In this document: piece after piece, positions 9,397-19,009 of the stretch
How the letters are laid out: each line of letters begins with the position of its first letter
How positions within the stretch are numbered: the first letter of the stretch is position 1
Assembly (NCBI GenBank): GCA_965217585.1
Contig: OZ244561.1
Span: forward strand, 1,408,001 to 1,472,000
Direction of reading: 5' to 3'
Source: Candidatus Latescibacterota bacterium
GTDB taxonomy: Bacteria > Latescibacterota > UBA2968 > UBA8231
DNA length: 64,000 nucleotides
Notes under the pieces: generated by a model
Seen by the model: the letters and a program-made list of their open reading frames with translations, nothing else
Told to the model about the DNA's origin: nothing
The model's database searches: none
Program-made: the position numbers and the translations under genes

Positions 9397-11934
9397 CTAG
9401 ACGGTGAATTGGTTCAAGGACACGTAATCCTTGACATACTCGGGAACGAGCCTGCGGTACGGCTCCGGCACCGCGCGAAAGTCGCGGGAGGAAAAGGCCG
9501 AATTGGTTGCCAGCTCGGCAAAGCTCCGATTCTCAATGATGTCTCGGGTCTGTCCGCTGGTCAGGTACGCCTTGAAGTACGCCCTGATCGCCGCGATAGA
9601 CTCGGCCTCGTCGGGCTTGTAATCGGCGACAAATTTGGCGAACTCCTCTTCGAGCAGCTCGTCCCTAGACTTAAAACGCGGGATGAGATCAAAGACTTTC
9701 TCCAGTATCTCGCGCAAGGTTACGCGACGATCCACCGCAGCGGCTTGGCGCAGCTTGGTGAGGGTGTAGTACTCCTCGGGCTTGTCGAAAACTTCCTGAT
9801 TCACATAGTCGATGGCGCGATCCCATTGGCCCGCCTCGATAGCTTGGGCAATGAAGTCGTTGTCGCGCACCTCGTCGGCAAAGCGGTCGAAGAACATCCG
9901 ATCAATTCTCATCCCCTCGGAGCCGACCTGCTCTTGCTCGATCGTCGATAGGAAGTCGCTTCCCAAGTGCTCGTAGGTGCCGGCATATACAACCGGCCTT
10001 GGATCGTCCCCGTCCTCTCTACCTCTATCTCGCAGCCGAGGCAATTCCAATATCTCGTCGTAGTTGAACTCGTTCTCGAAGTATTGGCAGTTGCCGAAGA
10101 AGTCGAACAGCTTGAAGGTGGTCTTCTCCGGCTCAGCGACAACGTCTGTGGGGCGGTGCCCTATCATCTGGTCGAGGAAGTTGTGCTTTCTGGTGCCGCG
10201 CCCCTTGATCTGGACGAAATCCGTCGGCGAGAATATCGGCCTGAACAGGCCCAAATTAAGAATGTCGGTGCAGTCGTAGCCAGTGGTCATCATGCCAACA
10301 GTTACGCATACTCTCGCCTTGCTCGTCCGGTACTCGCGCATAAAGTTGCCGGACCCCAAGAGATTGTTGTTGGCAAAGTTGACCGTGAATTGCTGGGCAT
10401 CCCTCACATGCGACGTAACCTGAACCGCAAAATCCGACTGGTACTGGCCCGGAAACATGCGGTCGGCGATCTCGTTGAAGAACTGCGTTAGCTTGGCCGC
10501 GTGCTCTTGGCTTACCGCGAAGACGATGGACTTCCCGATCTCCCCGCTAATCGGATCGCGGAGCGCATTCTCCAAGAAAGTCCGGCAGAAGACCGCGTTG
10601 GTGGCTTCCGAGAAAAACTCCCGCTCGAAATCGCGTTTTTTGAACGCTTCCTCCTGCTGCTCTCCTTCGTCATCAGTGAAAGACACCACAAAGCCCTTAT
10701 CGGCGAGAAGCTGGGTGGTCACCTCCGTTCGTGCGTCAACGACCCGAGGGTTGATCAGATGCCCATCGCGCACCCCATCGCGCAGTGAGTAGCGGAACGT
10801 CGGCTCGCCACTCTCGCAGCCGAAGGTGCGGTAGGTATCGAGCAACAACCGGCGCTCCACCTCGCGCGGGTCGCGCACATGCGGGCCGCTCGCATGGGTG
10901 CCTCTGAGGTAGTCTCGGGGCGTAGCGGTCAGCCCCAGCTTGTACCCAACGAAGTAATCGAACACGGCGCGGGCGTTGCCGCTGATGGACCGGTGCGCCT
11001 CATCCGAAATCACCAAGTCGAAGTCCGTCGGCGAAAACAGCGACTGGTACTTGTTGTTGAACAGCAGCGACTGAACGGTCGTGACCACAATGTGCGCTCG
11101 ACGCCAGTCATCGCGTTTCTCCTTGTAGATGACCGTGTCAAAGTCGTTCGCCAAGTACGGGACAAACGACTTGCTCGCCGCTTGGTCTTCTAACTCCAGC
11201 CGATCTACCAAGAAGAGGACGCGGCGGGCGTTGCCAGTGCGGAGAAACAGCTTGATAACAGCGGCGGCCACTAGCGTCTTGCCGGTGCCGGTAGCCATCT
11301 CGAACAGGAATCGGTCGCGTCCGTCTCGGACCGCCCGCTGCAAACCGTGGATCGCTCGTAGCTGGTAATCGCGCAAAAAGCGCAGGCCGTGCGTCTGGAT
11401 GTATCCGAAACGCTCGGCCTCGTTGCGCCATCCAGCCTCCGCCGCATAGCTAGGCCGCTGCGTGAGGACGATATAGTCGTCGCCAACTTGCTCATCGATC
11501 AGGCGCTGTGAGTTAGGCTCGACCTGTTTGTACCCTTCCACCGAATCCGGCGATGGGAACGCCGTAATGATATGCGGATTGCCGCGTTCTAGGTCCCAGA
11601 AGTAGTGCAGATTGCCGTTGGAGAGGATGACGAAGCGGCAGTTCAGCGAGCGGGCGTAGCGGCGGGCCTGCTCCTTACCGACCAACGGGTCTTTGTCCTC
11701 GGACTTGGCCTCCAACACGATCAACGGAAAACCCCGGTCGTCGAGGAGCAGGAAATCGACAAATCCTCGACCGGAACGCTCAAAATTATCGCCTAAGCTG
11801 TCGAGGTCGTCGCGTTTGAGGGCGACATGCGCCTCCAAGCGGATATTGGCCCGTCCATTGTCGTCGTCGAAGAATCGCCAACCAGCGCTTTCAAGCAACT
11901 GGTCGATTTTATGCCGAGCAACAGCCTCGCTCAT
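9397..11934 (-). CDS. hsdR: Type I restriction endonuclease R subunit (SF2 helicase/translocase)
   Basis: VDFLL...LEAK nuclease motif, MATGTGKT, DEAH, LTATP, QIKGRGTR. Confidence 0.92.
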   Translation of the reverse strand: MSEAVARHKIDQLLESAGWRFFDDDNGRANIRLEAHVALKRDDLDSLGDNFERSGRGFVDFLLLDDRGFPLIVLEAKSEDKDPLVGKEQARRYARSLNCRFVILSNGNLHYFWDLERGNPHIITAFPSPDSVEGYKQVEPNSQRLIDEQVGDDYIVLTQRPSYAAEAGWRNEAERFGYIQTHGLRFLRDYQLRAIHGLQRAVRDGRDRFLFEMATGTGKTLVAAAVIKLFLRTGNARRVLFLVDRLELEDQAASKSFVPYLANDFDTVIYKEKRDDWRRAHIVVTTVQSLLFNNKYQSLFSPTDFDLVISDEAHRSISGNARAVFDYFVGYKLGLTATPRDYLRGTHASGPHVRDPREVERRLLLDTYRTFGCESGEPTFRYSLRDGVRDGHLINPRVVDARTEVTTQLLADKGFVVSFTDDEGEQQEEAFKKRDFEREFFSEATNAVFCRTFLENALRDPISGEIGKSIVFAVSQEHAAKLTQFFNEIADRMFPGQYQSDFAVQVTSHVRDAQQFTVNFANNNLLGSGNFMREYRTSKARVCVTVGMMTTGYDCTDILNLGLFRPIFSPTDFVQIKGRGTRKHNFLDQMIGHRPTDVVAEPEKTTFKLFDFFGNCQYFENEFNYDEILELPRLRDRGREDGDDPRPVVYAGTYEHLGSDFLSTIEQEQVGSEGMRIDRMFFDRFADEVRDNDFIAQAIEAGQWDRAIDYVNQEVFDKPEEYYTLTKLRQAAAVDRRVTLREILEKVFDLIPRFKSRDELLEEEFAKFVADYKPDEAESIAAIRAYFKAYLTSGQTRDIIENRSFAELATNSAFSSRDFRAVPEPYRRLVPEYVKDYVSLNQFTV

Positions 11935-12962
11935 CCCTCACCCTCCACCAACACCGGCTCCCGCTCCAGACGAATCCCAAAGGTCTGTTCCACCGCGTCC
12001 CGAATCTCACCGGCCAAGGCAAGAATTTCGCGGGTCGTGCCGCCGCGATTTACCAACGCCAGCGCGTGTCGCTCTGAGATGCCAACCCCGCCCCTTTGCA
12101 ACCCCTTGTGAAATCCCGCTTGCTCGACGAGCCAAGCAGCCGGAACCTTGACGCCAGCCGAATCGGGAAAGTGAGGGACATTGGGGTAGCGGTCCTTTAA
12201 TGCGGCAAAGGCTTCCGCGTCAATGACTGGATTTAAGAAGAAAGAACCGACGGAGCGGGAGTTGGGGTCTTGCGGGTCGATGACCATGGACTTGCCGCGA
12301 CGGAGCCCAAGCACAGCGTCGCGCACAATGGCTAAGGTCGGACGGTCGTCGTTCACGTGCCGACGCAGCTCCGGGTAGCGGATTTGCGGCTGACCGCCAG
12401 CATCCAAGCGATACGTCACCGAGGTCACAATAAAGCGGTCGCGGTCGGCCCCCTTAAAGCGGCTCTGGCGGTAGGCAAAGCCGCACTCGGCAGGGGCAAA
12501 TGCGATTTCCTCCAAGGTCTGTCGGTCGAGTGCCCGCACTTCCACGATGGTGTCTTTTACTTCTTGGCCATACGCGCCCACGTTTTGGATGGGCGTCGCA
12601 CCCACCGACCCAGGGATACCCGAAAGGCACTCCACGCCAGCCAAGCCGCGCTCCACGCAGCACTGGACAAAGCCATCCCAATCCTCGCCAGCCGCTACCT
12701 CGACGGTCTCGCCATTGAACACCACGCCGTAGAGTCCCACTTTGAGCACCAAGCCGCTGTACCCCGCGTCGGCAAAAAGCACGTTGCTGCCGCCGCCGAG
12801 CACTTGCACGGGCAAGCTCTCAGCCGCCGCCCACGCCAAGCAGACGCGCATCTCATCTAGGGAGACGCAATCGGCCAAGTAGCGCGCGGGGCCGCCGAGG
12901 CCCATAGTGGTGAGGGGGGCGAGTGGAGTATCCTCGCGGAGGATGTGGGACGGCTTTTCCAT
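11931..12962 (-). CDS. murB: UDP-N-acetylmuramate dehydrogenase
   Basis: LGGGSNVL, GIPGSVGATPIQNVGAYG, SVGSFFLNP, HALALVN; start probably 12962. Confidence 0.95.
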   Translation of the reverse strand: MEKPSHILREDTPLAPLTTMGLGGPARYLADCVSLDEMRVCLAWAAAESLPVQVLGGGSNVLFADAGYSGLVLKVGLYGVVFNGETVEVAAGEDWDGFVQCCVERGLAGVECLSGIPGSVGATPIQNVGAYGQEVKDTIVEVRALDRQTLEEIAFAPAECGFAYRQSRFKGADRDRFIVTSVTYRLDAGGQPQIRYPELRRHVNDDRPTLAIVRDAVLGLRRGKSMVIDPQDPNSRSVGSFFLNPVIDAEAFAALKDRYPNVPHFPDSAGVKVPAAWLVEQAGFHKGLQRGGVGISERHALALVNRGGTTREILALAGEIRDAVEQTFGIRLEREPVLVEGEG

Positions 12963-13056
12963 GAAGAGACGCCTCGTTTCGCATGTACTGAGCATTTGCG
13001 TTGCACTGCCTATATACAGAATATAGGTCGTACAATACACAACGCCGGAGCATAGA

Positions 13057-13527
13057 ATGAAAAAGACCCTCTATCTCGCCAGCCCGTATGGATTCTCGCC
13101 CCAATGGAAGGAGCGGCTCCTGCCCCAGTTCGTCTCTGCCTTAGAGGCCTTGGGAGCTGAGGTCTGGGAGCCTTTTGCCCGCAACAACCAAGTCGATTTT
13201 TCCGCGCCGGGCTGGGCCTATGAGGTCGGCCAAGCTGACTTGCGCGACGTGGTCGAGGCCGACGCGATCTTCGCCATTGTCAACGGCACGCCCCCAGACG
13301 AGGGGGTGATGGTCGAGTTGGGAGCGGCCATTGCCCTCGGCAAGCCGACCTTTCTCTTCCGCGACGACTTCCGCCGCTGCACGGATTCCGAAAACTATCC
13401 CCTGAACCTGATGCTGTTCACCGGCCTGCCAGAAGACGGCTGGGAAACCTACTACTACACATCGCTCGCGGAAATTAGCGCGCCCGACAAGGCCCTAGCG
13501 CGCTGGCTGCGGGACGAACTGAGCTGA
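13057..13527 (+). CDS. Nucleoside 2-deoxyribosyltransferase family protein
   Basis: LYLASPY, DEGVMVELGAAIALGKP, YPLNLML. Confidence 0.88.
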   Translation: MKKTLYLASPYGFSPQWKERLLPQFVSALEALGAEVWEPFARNNQVDFSAPGWAYEVGQADLRDVVEADAIFAIVNGTPPDEGVMVELGAAIALGKPTFLFRDDFRRCTDSENYPLNLMLFTGLPEDGWETYYYTSLAEISAPDKALARWLRDELS

Positions 13528-13530
13528 CCT

Positions 13531-14811
13531 ATGCGCACGACCATTCCCCCCCATCTGCTCCAAGACCCAGAGGTTGAAGCGTCCGAAAAGGTCTTGCGCG
13601 CCTGCGTCCACTGCGGCTTTTGCAATGCCACCTGCCCCACCTACCTGCTCACCGGCAACGAACTCGAAGGGCCGCGCGGCCGCATTTACCTCATCAAAAG
13701 CATGCTCGAAGAGGACATCCCCCCGAGCCGGCAAACGGTCGAGCACATCGACAACTGCCTCGGCTGCCTCGCGTGCGAGACCACCTGCCCGAGCGGCGTA
13801 GATTATTCGCTCCTCTTGGAAATGGCCCGACCGAGGCTAGATCAGCTCGTCAAGCGGCCCTTGGCCGACCGCCTGCTGCGCGCCCTGCTGACGCGGATGC
13901 TGCCCTACCCCGGCCGCACGCGCTTGGCACTCAAAATGTCTAGGGTGGGCCGCGCTTTCTCCTTCCTGATGCCCCGCGCCATGCGGCCGCTGTTGGAGAT
14001 GGCACCCAAGCGATTGCCGCCGCCAGCCACTGGAGCCCGGCCCGGAGTCGTGCCAGCCGAGGGCGCGACGCGGCTGCGCGTGGCCTTGCTCACCGGGTGC
14101 GTCCAACAGGTGTTGGGACCGCAGATCAACGACGCGACCGTGCGGCTGCTGACGCGGTTGGGGGCTGAGGTGGTCATTCCGCCGGATATGGGCTGTTGCG
14201 GCGCGCTGACTTTTCACATGGGCGAGCGCAAACGCAGCCTCAAGCTGATGCAGCACGCCATTGCGGTTTGGCATCGCGAGCTGGAAGCGGGCTTGGACGC
14301 GATTGTGCTCAACACGTCGGGATGCGGCACGGCCATCAAAGAATACGATCACATCTTCCGCCACGATCCGCAGTGGGCCGACAAAGCCAAGGCGGTAGTG
14401 AAGCGGGTGCGAGACGTTTCCGAGGTGGTGGCGCAATTGGGATTGGGCGAGGCCAACAACGCTCCGGCCCTGAAGGTGGCGTATCACGACGCCTGTTCCC
14501 TCCAACACGGCCAGCACGTCACCGAGCCGCCGAGGCAACTGCTGCAGGCCGCGGGCTTTGAGGTCGTCGAGGTGCCCGAAGGCCACATCTGCTGCGGCAG
14601 CGCGGGCACGTACAACATGCTGCGCCCCGACTTGGCGCAACAACTGCAAGCGCGCAAAGTAGAGCACATCGCCAGCGTTGCGCCGCAGATCGTGGCGGCG
14701 GGCAACATCGGCTGCATGGAACAGATCGCCGCCCACGCCGAGGTCCCGGTCGTCCACACCGTCGAGCTGTTGGATTGGGCGACGGGCGGGCCGCGGCCGG
14801 CGGTGGTATAA
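13531..14811 (+). CDS. glcF: Glycolate oxidase iron-sulfur subunit
   Basis: CVHCGFCNATCPTY, CLGCLACETTCPSGV, two CCG domains, HTVELLDWATGGP. Confidence 0.9.
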   Translation: MRTTIPPHLLQDPEVEASEKVLRACVHCGFCNATCPTYLLTGNELEGPRGRIYLIKSMLEEDIPPSRQTVEHIDNCLGCLACETTCPSGVDYSLLLEMARPRLDQLVKRPLADRLLRALLTRMLPYPGRTRLALKMSRVGRAFSFLMPRAMRPLLEMAPKRLPPPATGARPGVVPAEGATRLRVALLTGCVQQVLGPQINDATVRLLTRLGAEVVIPPDMGCCGALTFHMGERKRSLKLMQHAIAVWHRELEAGLDAIVLNTSGCGTAIKEYDHIFRHDPQWADKAKAVVKRVRDVSEVVAQLGLGEANNAPALKVAYHDACSLQHGQHVTEPPRQLLQAAGFEVVEVPEGHICCGSAGTYNMLRPDLAQQLQARKVEHIASVAPQIVAAGNIGCMEQIAAHAEVPVVHTVELLDWATGGPRPAVV

Positions 14812-14862
14812 CGGGGCTGATCAGGAGGCGTTTTTCTGACTATGGAGTATAGAGGCGGGCGC

Positions 14863-15327
14863 TCACACCGCCGAGGCTGCCAGTATCTCTTCCGGCGTTC
14901 GATCCGGCGAGTCAAACGGATTGACCACCCGAACCGCGCCGAACTCTTGGCCGTGCTGCAGGTCCTCGGTCAGCAGAACCTTGCACTCGCAGGTCTGCGC
15001 GGCGGCGATGATGAGCGCGTCCCACCAAGACAAGGGAAAGCGGTCCTGCAAGAGCCAAGCTCGTTTCAGCATCGCTAGGTCAACGGCTACCGGTTGCCAC
15101 ACTGCCAGTTCCCGTACGATTAATCGGGCCTCTGCCACATCGACCTTCAGCCGCCGCTTGCTTGTGAGGGTGGAGTAGAGTTCCTGCAGAACCTGAAAAC
15201 TCACGCGACCAGAGCGGCCACGTACGAGCAGCGAGATCCACTCGTCCGCGCGAGTTTTCTTTTGGGGTTCCGAGTCGTCGTGCAGATAGACGAATACGTT
15301 GGTGTCAACGAAGACCGGGCCGGTCAT
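14863..15327 (-). CDS. PIN-domain (VapC-like) toxin
   Basis: FVDTNVFVY, QVLQE, SWWDALI, LLTEDLQHG. Confidence 0.9.
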   Translation of the reverse strand: MTGPVFVDTNVFVYLHDDSEPQKKTRADEWISLLVRGRSGRVSFQVLQELYSTLTSKRRLKVDVAEARLIVRELAVWQPVAVDLAMLKRAWLLQDRFPLSWWDALIIAAAQTCECKVLLTEDLQHGQEFGAVRVVNPFDSPDRTPEEILAASAV

Positions 15328-15553
15328 ACAGTTCCTCCCGCGTCGGCTTGCGCCCGTCGATCCACTCGATTTTTCGGGGTTTCCGCGCCCGCGTCAAAAA
15401 GCGTTCCATTGCGACCTCGTACTCGTCTTCTTGGCGCTGCATACTTTCCAGCAGTTCGGCCAGCCATTTGGAGACGCTGCGCTCGTTCTCGGCGGCCTTG
15501 ACCCGCAGCCACCGGGCGACATCCTCCGGTAGGGTGATGGTGATGTTCTTCAT
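15305..15553 (-). CDS. Ribbon-helix-helix antitoxin
   Basis: MKNITITLPEDVARWLRVKAAENERSVS...TREELYDR; overlaps the PIN gene. Confidence 0.85.
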   Translation of the reverse strand: MKNITITLPEDVARWLRVKAAENERSVSKWLAELLESMQRQEDEYEVAMERFLTRARKPRKIEWIDGRKPTREELYDRPGLR

Positions 15554-15628
15554 GCTAGACCTCCAGTATCCGCAGCATATAACTGCTAATCAGGACCGGG
15601 GACGGTCCGTGATGGTCTCTATAACGCA

Positions 15629-15657
15629 AGAATAGTGTAACACAGAAATTGTGTCAA
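15629..15657 (-). promoter_or_regulatory. Promoter of the TA pair with an overlapping palindromic operator
   Basis: TTGACA-17 nt-TATTCT; inverted repeat ACACA-N5-TGTGT at 15640-15654. Confidence 0.7.
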
Positions 15658-15808
15658 TAATGATCGTCGCCACAGCGCGGATGCACAATCTGGTGCTAAT
15701 CAGTGCCGACCAACGGCTGCGCGCCTATCCACACGTACAAACAAAGTGGGAATAGTAAATCAATCTATTCGGCGAACTTGCCCTTGAGTGCTCCCCAACT
15801 CTCGACAG

Positions 15809-16286
15809 CTATCGCGGTGGCCGGGCTAGATATTTCGGTGAGGCGGGCGATTTGGGTGGCCGTAGTCGGCGGGATGTTGCCGCTGGCGAAAGTCTGCTTA
15901 GTCTCTGCTGGAAATAGTGGTACGTCTCAATCTCGTCCGTTCCACCAGTGGCATTGGGCGCAGTAGCAATGTTATAGATGGCGTAATCGGCGAGCGTCGG
16001 GGACCTGCTCCAAGGAGAGGACCGAACTGCGGACAAAGGCAAGTATGCTGTTGGAGATGGATCCGGTGAGGTCTGAGGACTGGTCGGCACCGGCAGAGCC
16101 GACGTCGAAGTCGGTGTCCTCTAGGCTGCTAAGGACTGTGGCGATTTCTTGTTCCCAAGTCATGCCCAAGGATAGGCGCAAATCGTCGGGAGAAAGGGTA
16201 ATCTGGGCTGTAGCAGAGAGGGGAAGGAAGACGAGGGCGATTGATGCTAATGCACGGACGACGAACATGGTGGTATCCTTTCTCAT
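15809..16286 (-). pseudogene. Frameshifted, truncated secreted-protein gene
   Basis: Signal peptide (ALASIALVFLPLSATA-Q) in 15972-16286; protein-like text continues in another frame (ADYAIYNIATAPNATGGTDEIETYHYFQ). Confidence 0.45.
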
Positions 16287-16305
16287 TGACTTTCACTAAG
16301 AAGCG

Positions 16306-16438
16306 TTCTTAAAACTAGGGTTTCGTTTTCTCACTCGGCTCACAACATCTGGGATCGAGGGCGTCTCGCCCTCGAAAAACGCTGGACACCCAAGCCGCTC
16401 GACCGCTTCGCAAGACAGCCCGACGGGGGTTTTAAGAA
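16306..16438. repeat. Small MITE/REP-like element
   Basis: 10-bp terminal IR TTCTTAAAAC/GTTTTAAGAA and internal hairpin TCGAGGGCG-TCT-CGCCCTCGA (16355-16375). Confidence 0.5.
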
Positions 16439-16513
16439 TATTGGACACCCGATAGAACTTTCATTTTGTCTCAAACTGCCCGATTTTTGGGAGCGCCTGC
16501 AAAGGACCACGCC

Positions 16514-18058
16514 ATGCAATTGAGAGAATCAATGGAATTGGGGGGCCAGCACCTGCTGGGCTGGCTCGACCCGGAGCGCGACTACCTGCCCACGGGCAGT
16601 TGGGCCATCACCCACGATCTGGGTCGCTGGTGGGACGCCATGCTGCGCCTTGAACGCGCCACTAACTTTGCCATCCCCGCACACGTGGAAGGGGCCAACC
16701 TGCGCAATCTCCACTGGCTCACCGACAATGCCGACGGGCTCCTCTGGGTGCCGCCGGGCCTGGATTGGCACCCCATCAAATTCGAACTCCACAGCCTGCG
16801 CGAGGGCATCCTGACCTTTGCCGCCCTAGCCCAGTACCGCAACAACGCCTGGGCCCACCAAGCCGGTCGCAAGTACCTCGAATCGATCCGCCGCGGCCTC
16901 AAGCCGGACTTCACCTGGGACTTCGACCAGTTCGACTACGCCCGCTACTTCACCGGCGGCGAAAACGAGGACCCGGGACACAAGCCCTCCAACGAGGGCC
17001 GCTTTGCCCTGACCGTCCAGCACGGCCGCTGCATCGAGGCCCTGGTGTGGTACTACGAGGCCACGGGCGACGCCCTGGCCATGGAACTGGCCGAGGACCT
17101 GGCCCGCTTTCACCTCGCGTACGCCACTGCCCCCGACGGCACCATCCCCGACGAACTGGCGCACCGGGCTATCGGCGACCGCCAATCCCACCTGTACACC
17201 CTGTGCGGCCTGCTGCTCTTTGGTTGCAAGACCCACCAGTCCGAATACGTCGACGCAGTGGTGCGCACGTACCGGGCCGGCGTCCCCGCGCTGGTCAATG
17301 AATGCGGCTGGGTCGCCCACGATATGGGCCAGACGCGCTTCCTCGACCAATCGGGCAATCTCATGGCCAACACCGAATCCACGGGCGCGGCCGCCCGGCT
17401 CGCCCTGTGGATGGCGCGTTATACCGCGCATACCGAGTGCTACGACGACGTCGAGCGGCTGGTGCGCGCCCGGCTTTTCCCGGGCCAGATCACCCAAGCC
17501 GATATCCACGCCAACCCAGACCTGGAAATTCCCTCTAGGGCGCTCGGCGGCTGGGGAGGCAACGACTACCCCCACGCTGGCAAGGGGTACAATCCCAGCG
17601 GCACGGCCGAAATCGTCCACACCATGAGCGCGATCTACCAGCACATCAGCGCCCTCGAAGAGGCTGGTCTCATCGTGTACATGCACTTCGACTACGCCGA
17701 CGACGCGGTCGAGATCAAAGCGGACAGAAGCGCCGAGGCCACCCTCGCGGTGCGGCCCCGCATCCACGACAATGTCCTGATCCGCGTGCCCGGGTGGGCA
17801 CCCCCGGAATCGGTCCGCATCGAGGTCGACGGCCGCCCAGCGGCCCTGCACATGGTGGGGTCATTCGCCTATCTCGGACGCCGGCAAGTAAGCGTCAACA
17901 GCCAGATCGTCCTGCGCCATGCCCTGCCAACCCGCCGCACGCAAGAGACCATGGCGGCCGGAGACACCTACCACTTTGCCTGGCGCGGCGACCAGATCAC
18001 CGGCGTGCATCCGAACGAGTGGCCCCTGCCGTTCTACCCGACGCTCGAGTCTTCCTAG
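16514..18058 (+). CDS. Hypothetical protein, possibly GH127-like (alpha/alpha barrel plus beta domain)
   Basis: HDLGRWWDAMLRL, YDDVERLVRARL, VLIRVPGWA; AAGGA before ATG 16514. Confidence 0.55.
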   Translation: MQLRESMELGGQHLLGWLDPERDYLPTGSWAITHDLGRWWDAMLRLERATNFAIPAHVEGANLRNLHWLTDNADGLLWVPPGLDWHPIKFELHSLREGILTFAALAQYRNNAWAHQAGRKYLESIRRGLKPDFTWDFDQFDYARYFTGGENEDPGHKPSNEGRFALTVQHGRCIEALVWYYEATGDALAMELAEDLARFHLAYATAPDGTIPDELAHRAIGDRQSHLYTLCGLLLFGCKTHQSEYVDAVVRTYRAGVPALVNECGWVAHDMGQTRFLDQSGNLMANTESTGAAARLALWMARYTAHTECYDDVERLVRARLFPGQITQADIHANPDLEIPSRALGGWGGNDYPHAGKGYNPSGTAEIVHTMSAIYQHISALEEAGLIVYMHFDYADDAVEIKADRSAEATLAVRPRIHDNVLIRVPGWAPPESVRIEVDGRPAALHMVGSFAYLGRRQVSVNSQIVLRHALPTRRTQETMAAGDTYHFAWRGDQITGVHPNEWPLPFYPTLESS

Positions 18059-18076
18059 CGGCGGTTAGACGGCTTC

Positions 18077-18916
18077 TCAGGCCTGCTGCCAGCGGCTGGG
18101 ATTCACTCCCGGTGCCGCGCTCGGCATATTATCGGGTTTGTTGGGCACACCAAAGTCCCAGTGCCGCGTATTGGGATCGGTGAAAAAAGGACGCACCGAC
18201 TCGGGCAGCCCGGCCAGATCCTCTTCGTTCCAGTTCTCGACCTCGGCAATGGGGCCGGCCCAAGCCGGGCGGTACGCAATCGCCAGCACCGAGCGCGTGT
18301 ACTGGCCTCTGTTGGGCCAAGTGCCGTGGAAAGCGCGGTGGTTGAGAAAAACCGCCGCGCCGGCCTTGCACGGCACCACCACCTCCTCGGGATGGCGCTC
18401 GTAGCGCAGGTACGGATTGGCGTCGGCGTGCATGCACAAATGGGAGCGCGGAATGACGCGGAAAGGCGACACTTCGGGCGTCAGGTCATCGAGGTAGTAG
18501 AGCACGCGGATGGTGAAGGGACAACTGCCGTTGTTCCCGAAAATTTGCGAGCCGTAGGGCTGCCCGTCCGTGTGCAGGCTGATACCGGGCGTGCCGGGCT
18601 CGGAGCGGTCGTACCCGTAGCTGAGAAAGACGATCTCGTCGCCGAAGACCTGGCGCAAAAAATCAACGGTCGGCGGATGGGCGATGAGATCGGTCACAGG
18701 GCCCCCTTCAAACTGGATCTGGGACTTGCCGCGCTGGTGCGGACTGTAGTCGCGCGGCTTGGTCTCCCAGGTTTCGGCCTGGGCCTTGAGACGGGCGATG
18801 TGCTCGGGGCTGAGCAGGTCGGGAATGACTAGGTATCCTTCGAGTTCGACATGGCGGATGCGCTCGCCCAGAGTGAGGGCGGACCAGTCGCGGTCGTTGA
18901 TGGTGGCCTTTTGCAT
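18077..18916 (-). CDS. Phytanoyl-CoA dioxygenase family (Fe/2OG) protein
   Basis: EGYLVIPDLL, LHTDG, YLDD, IPRSH, FHG. Confidence 0.88.
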   Translation of the reverse strand: MQKATINDRDWSALTLGERIRHVELEGYLVIPDLLSPEHIARLKAQAETWETKPRDYSPHQRGKSQIQFEGGPVTDLIAHPPTVDFLRQVFGDEIVFLSYGYDRSEPGTPGISLHTDGQPYGSQIFGNNGSCPFTIRVLYYLDDLTPEVSPFRVIPRSHLCMHADANPYLRYERHPEEVVVPCKAGAAVFLNHRAFHGTWPNRGQYTRSVLAIAYRPAWAGPIAEVENWNEEDLAGLPESVRPFFTDPNTRHWDFGVPNKPDNMPSAAPGVNPSRWQQA

Positions 18917-18949
18917 GGCAGACTCTCCTAGGTTGAGGTTATACCTCTT

Positions 18950-19009
18950 CTACACTGCGGCACTGCTGCCGCCGTCGATATTGATGGAGGCACCGGTGAT
19001 GAACTTTCG
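18950..19009 (-). pseudogene. C-terminal remnant of an SDR oxidoreductase gene
   Basis: Translates as RKFITGASINIDGGSSAAV-stop, matching the SDR terminal ITG...IDGG motif; no start codon. Confidence 0.65.
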
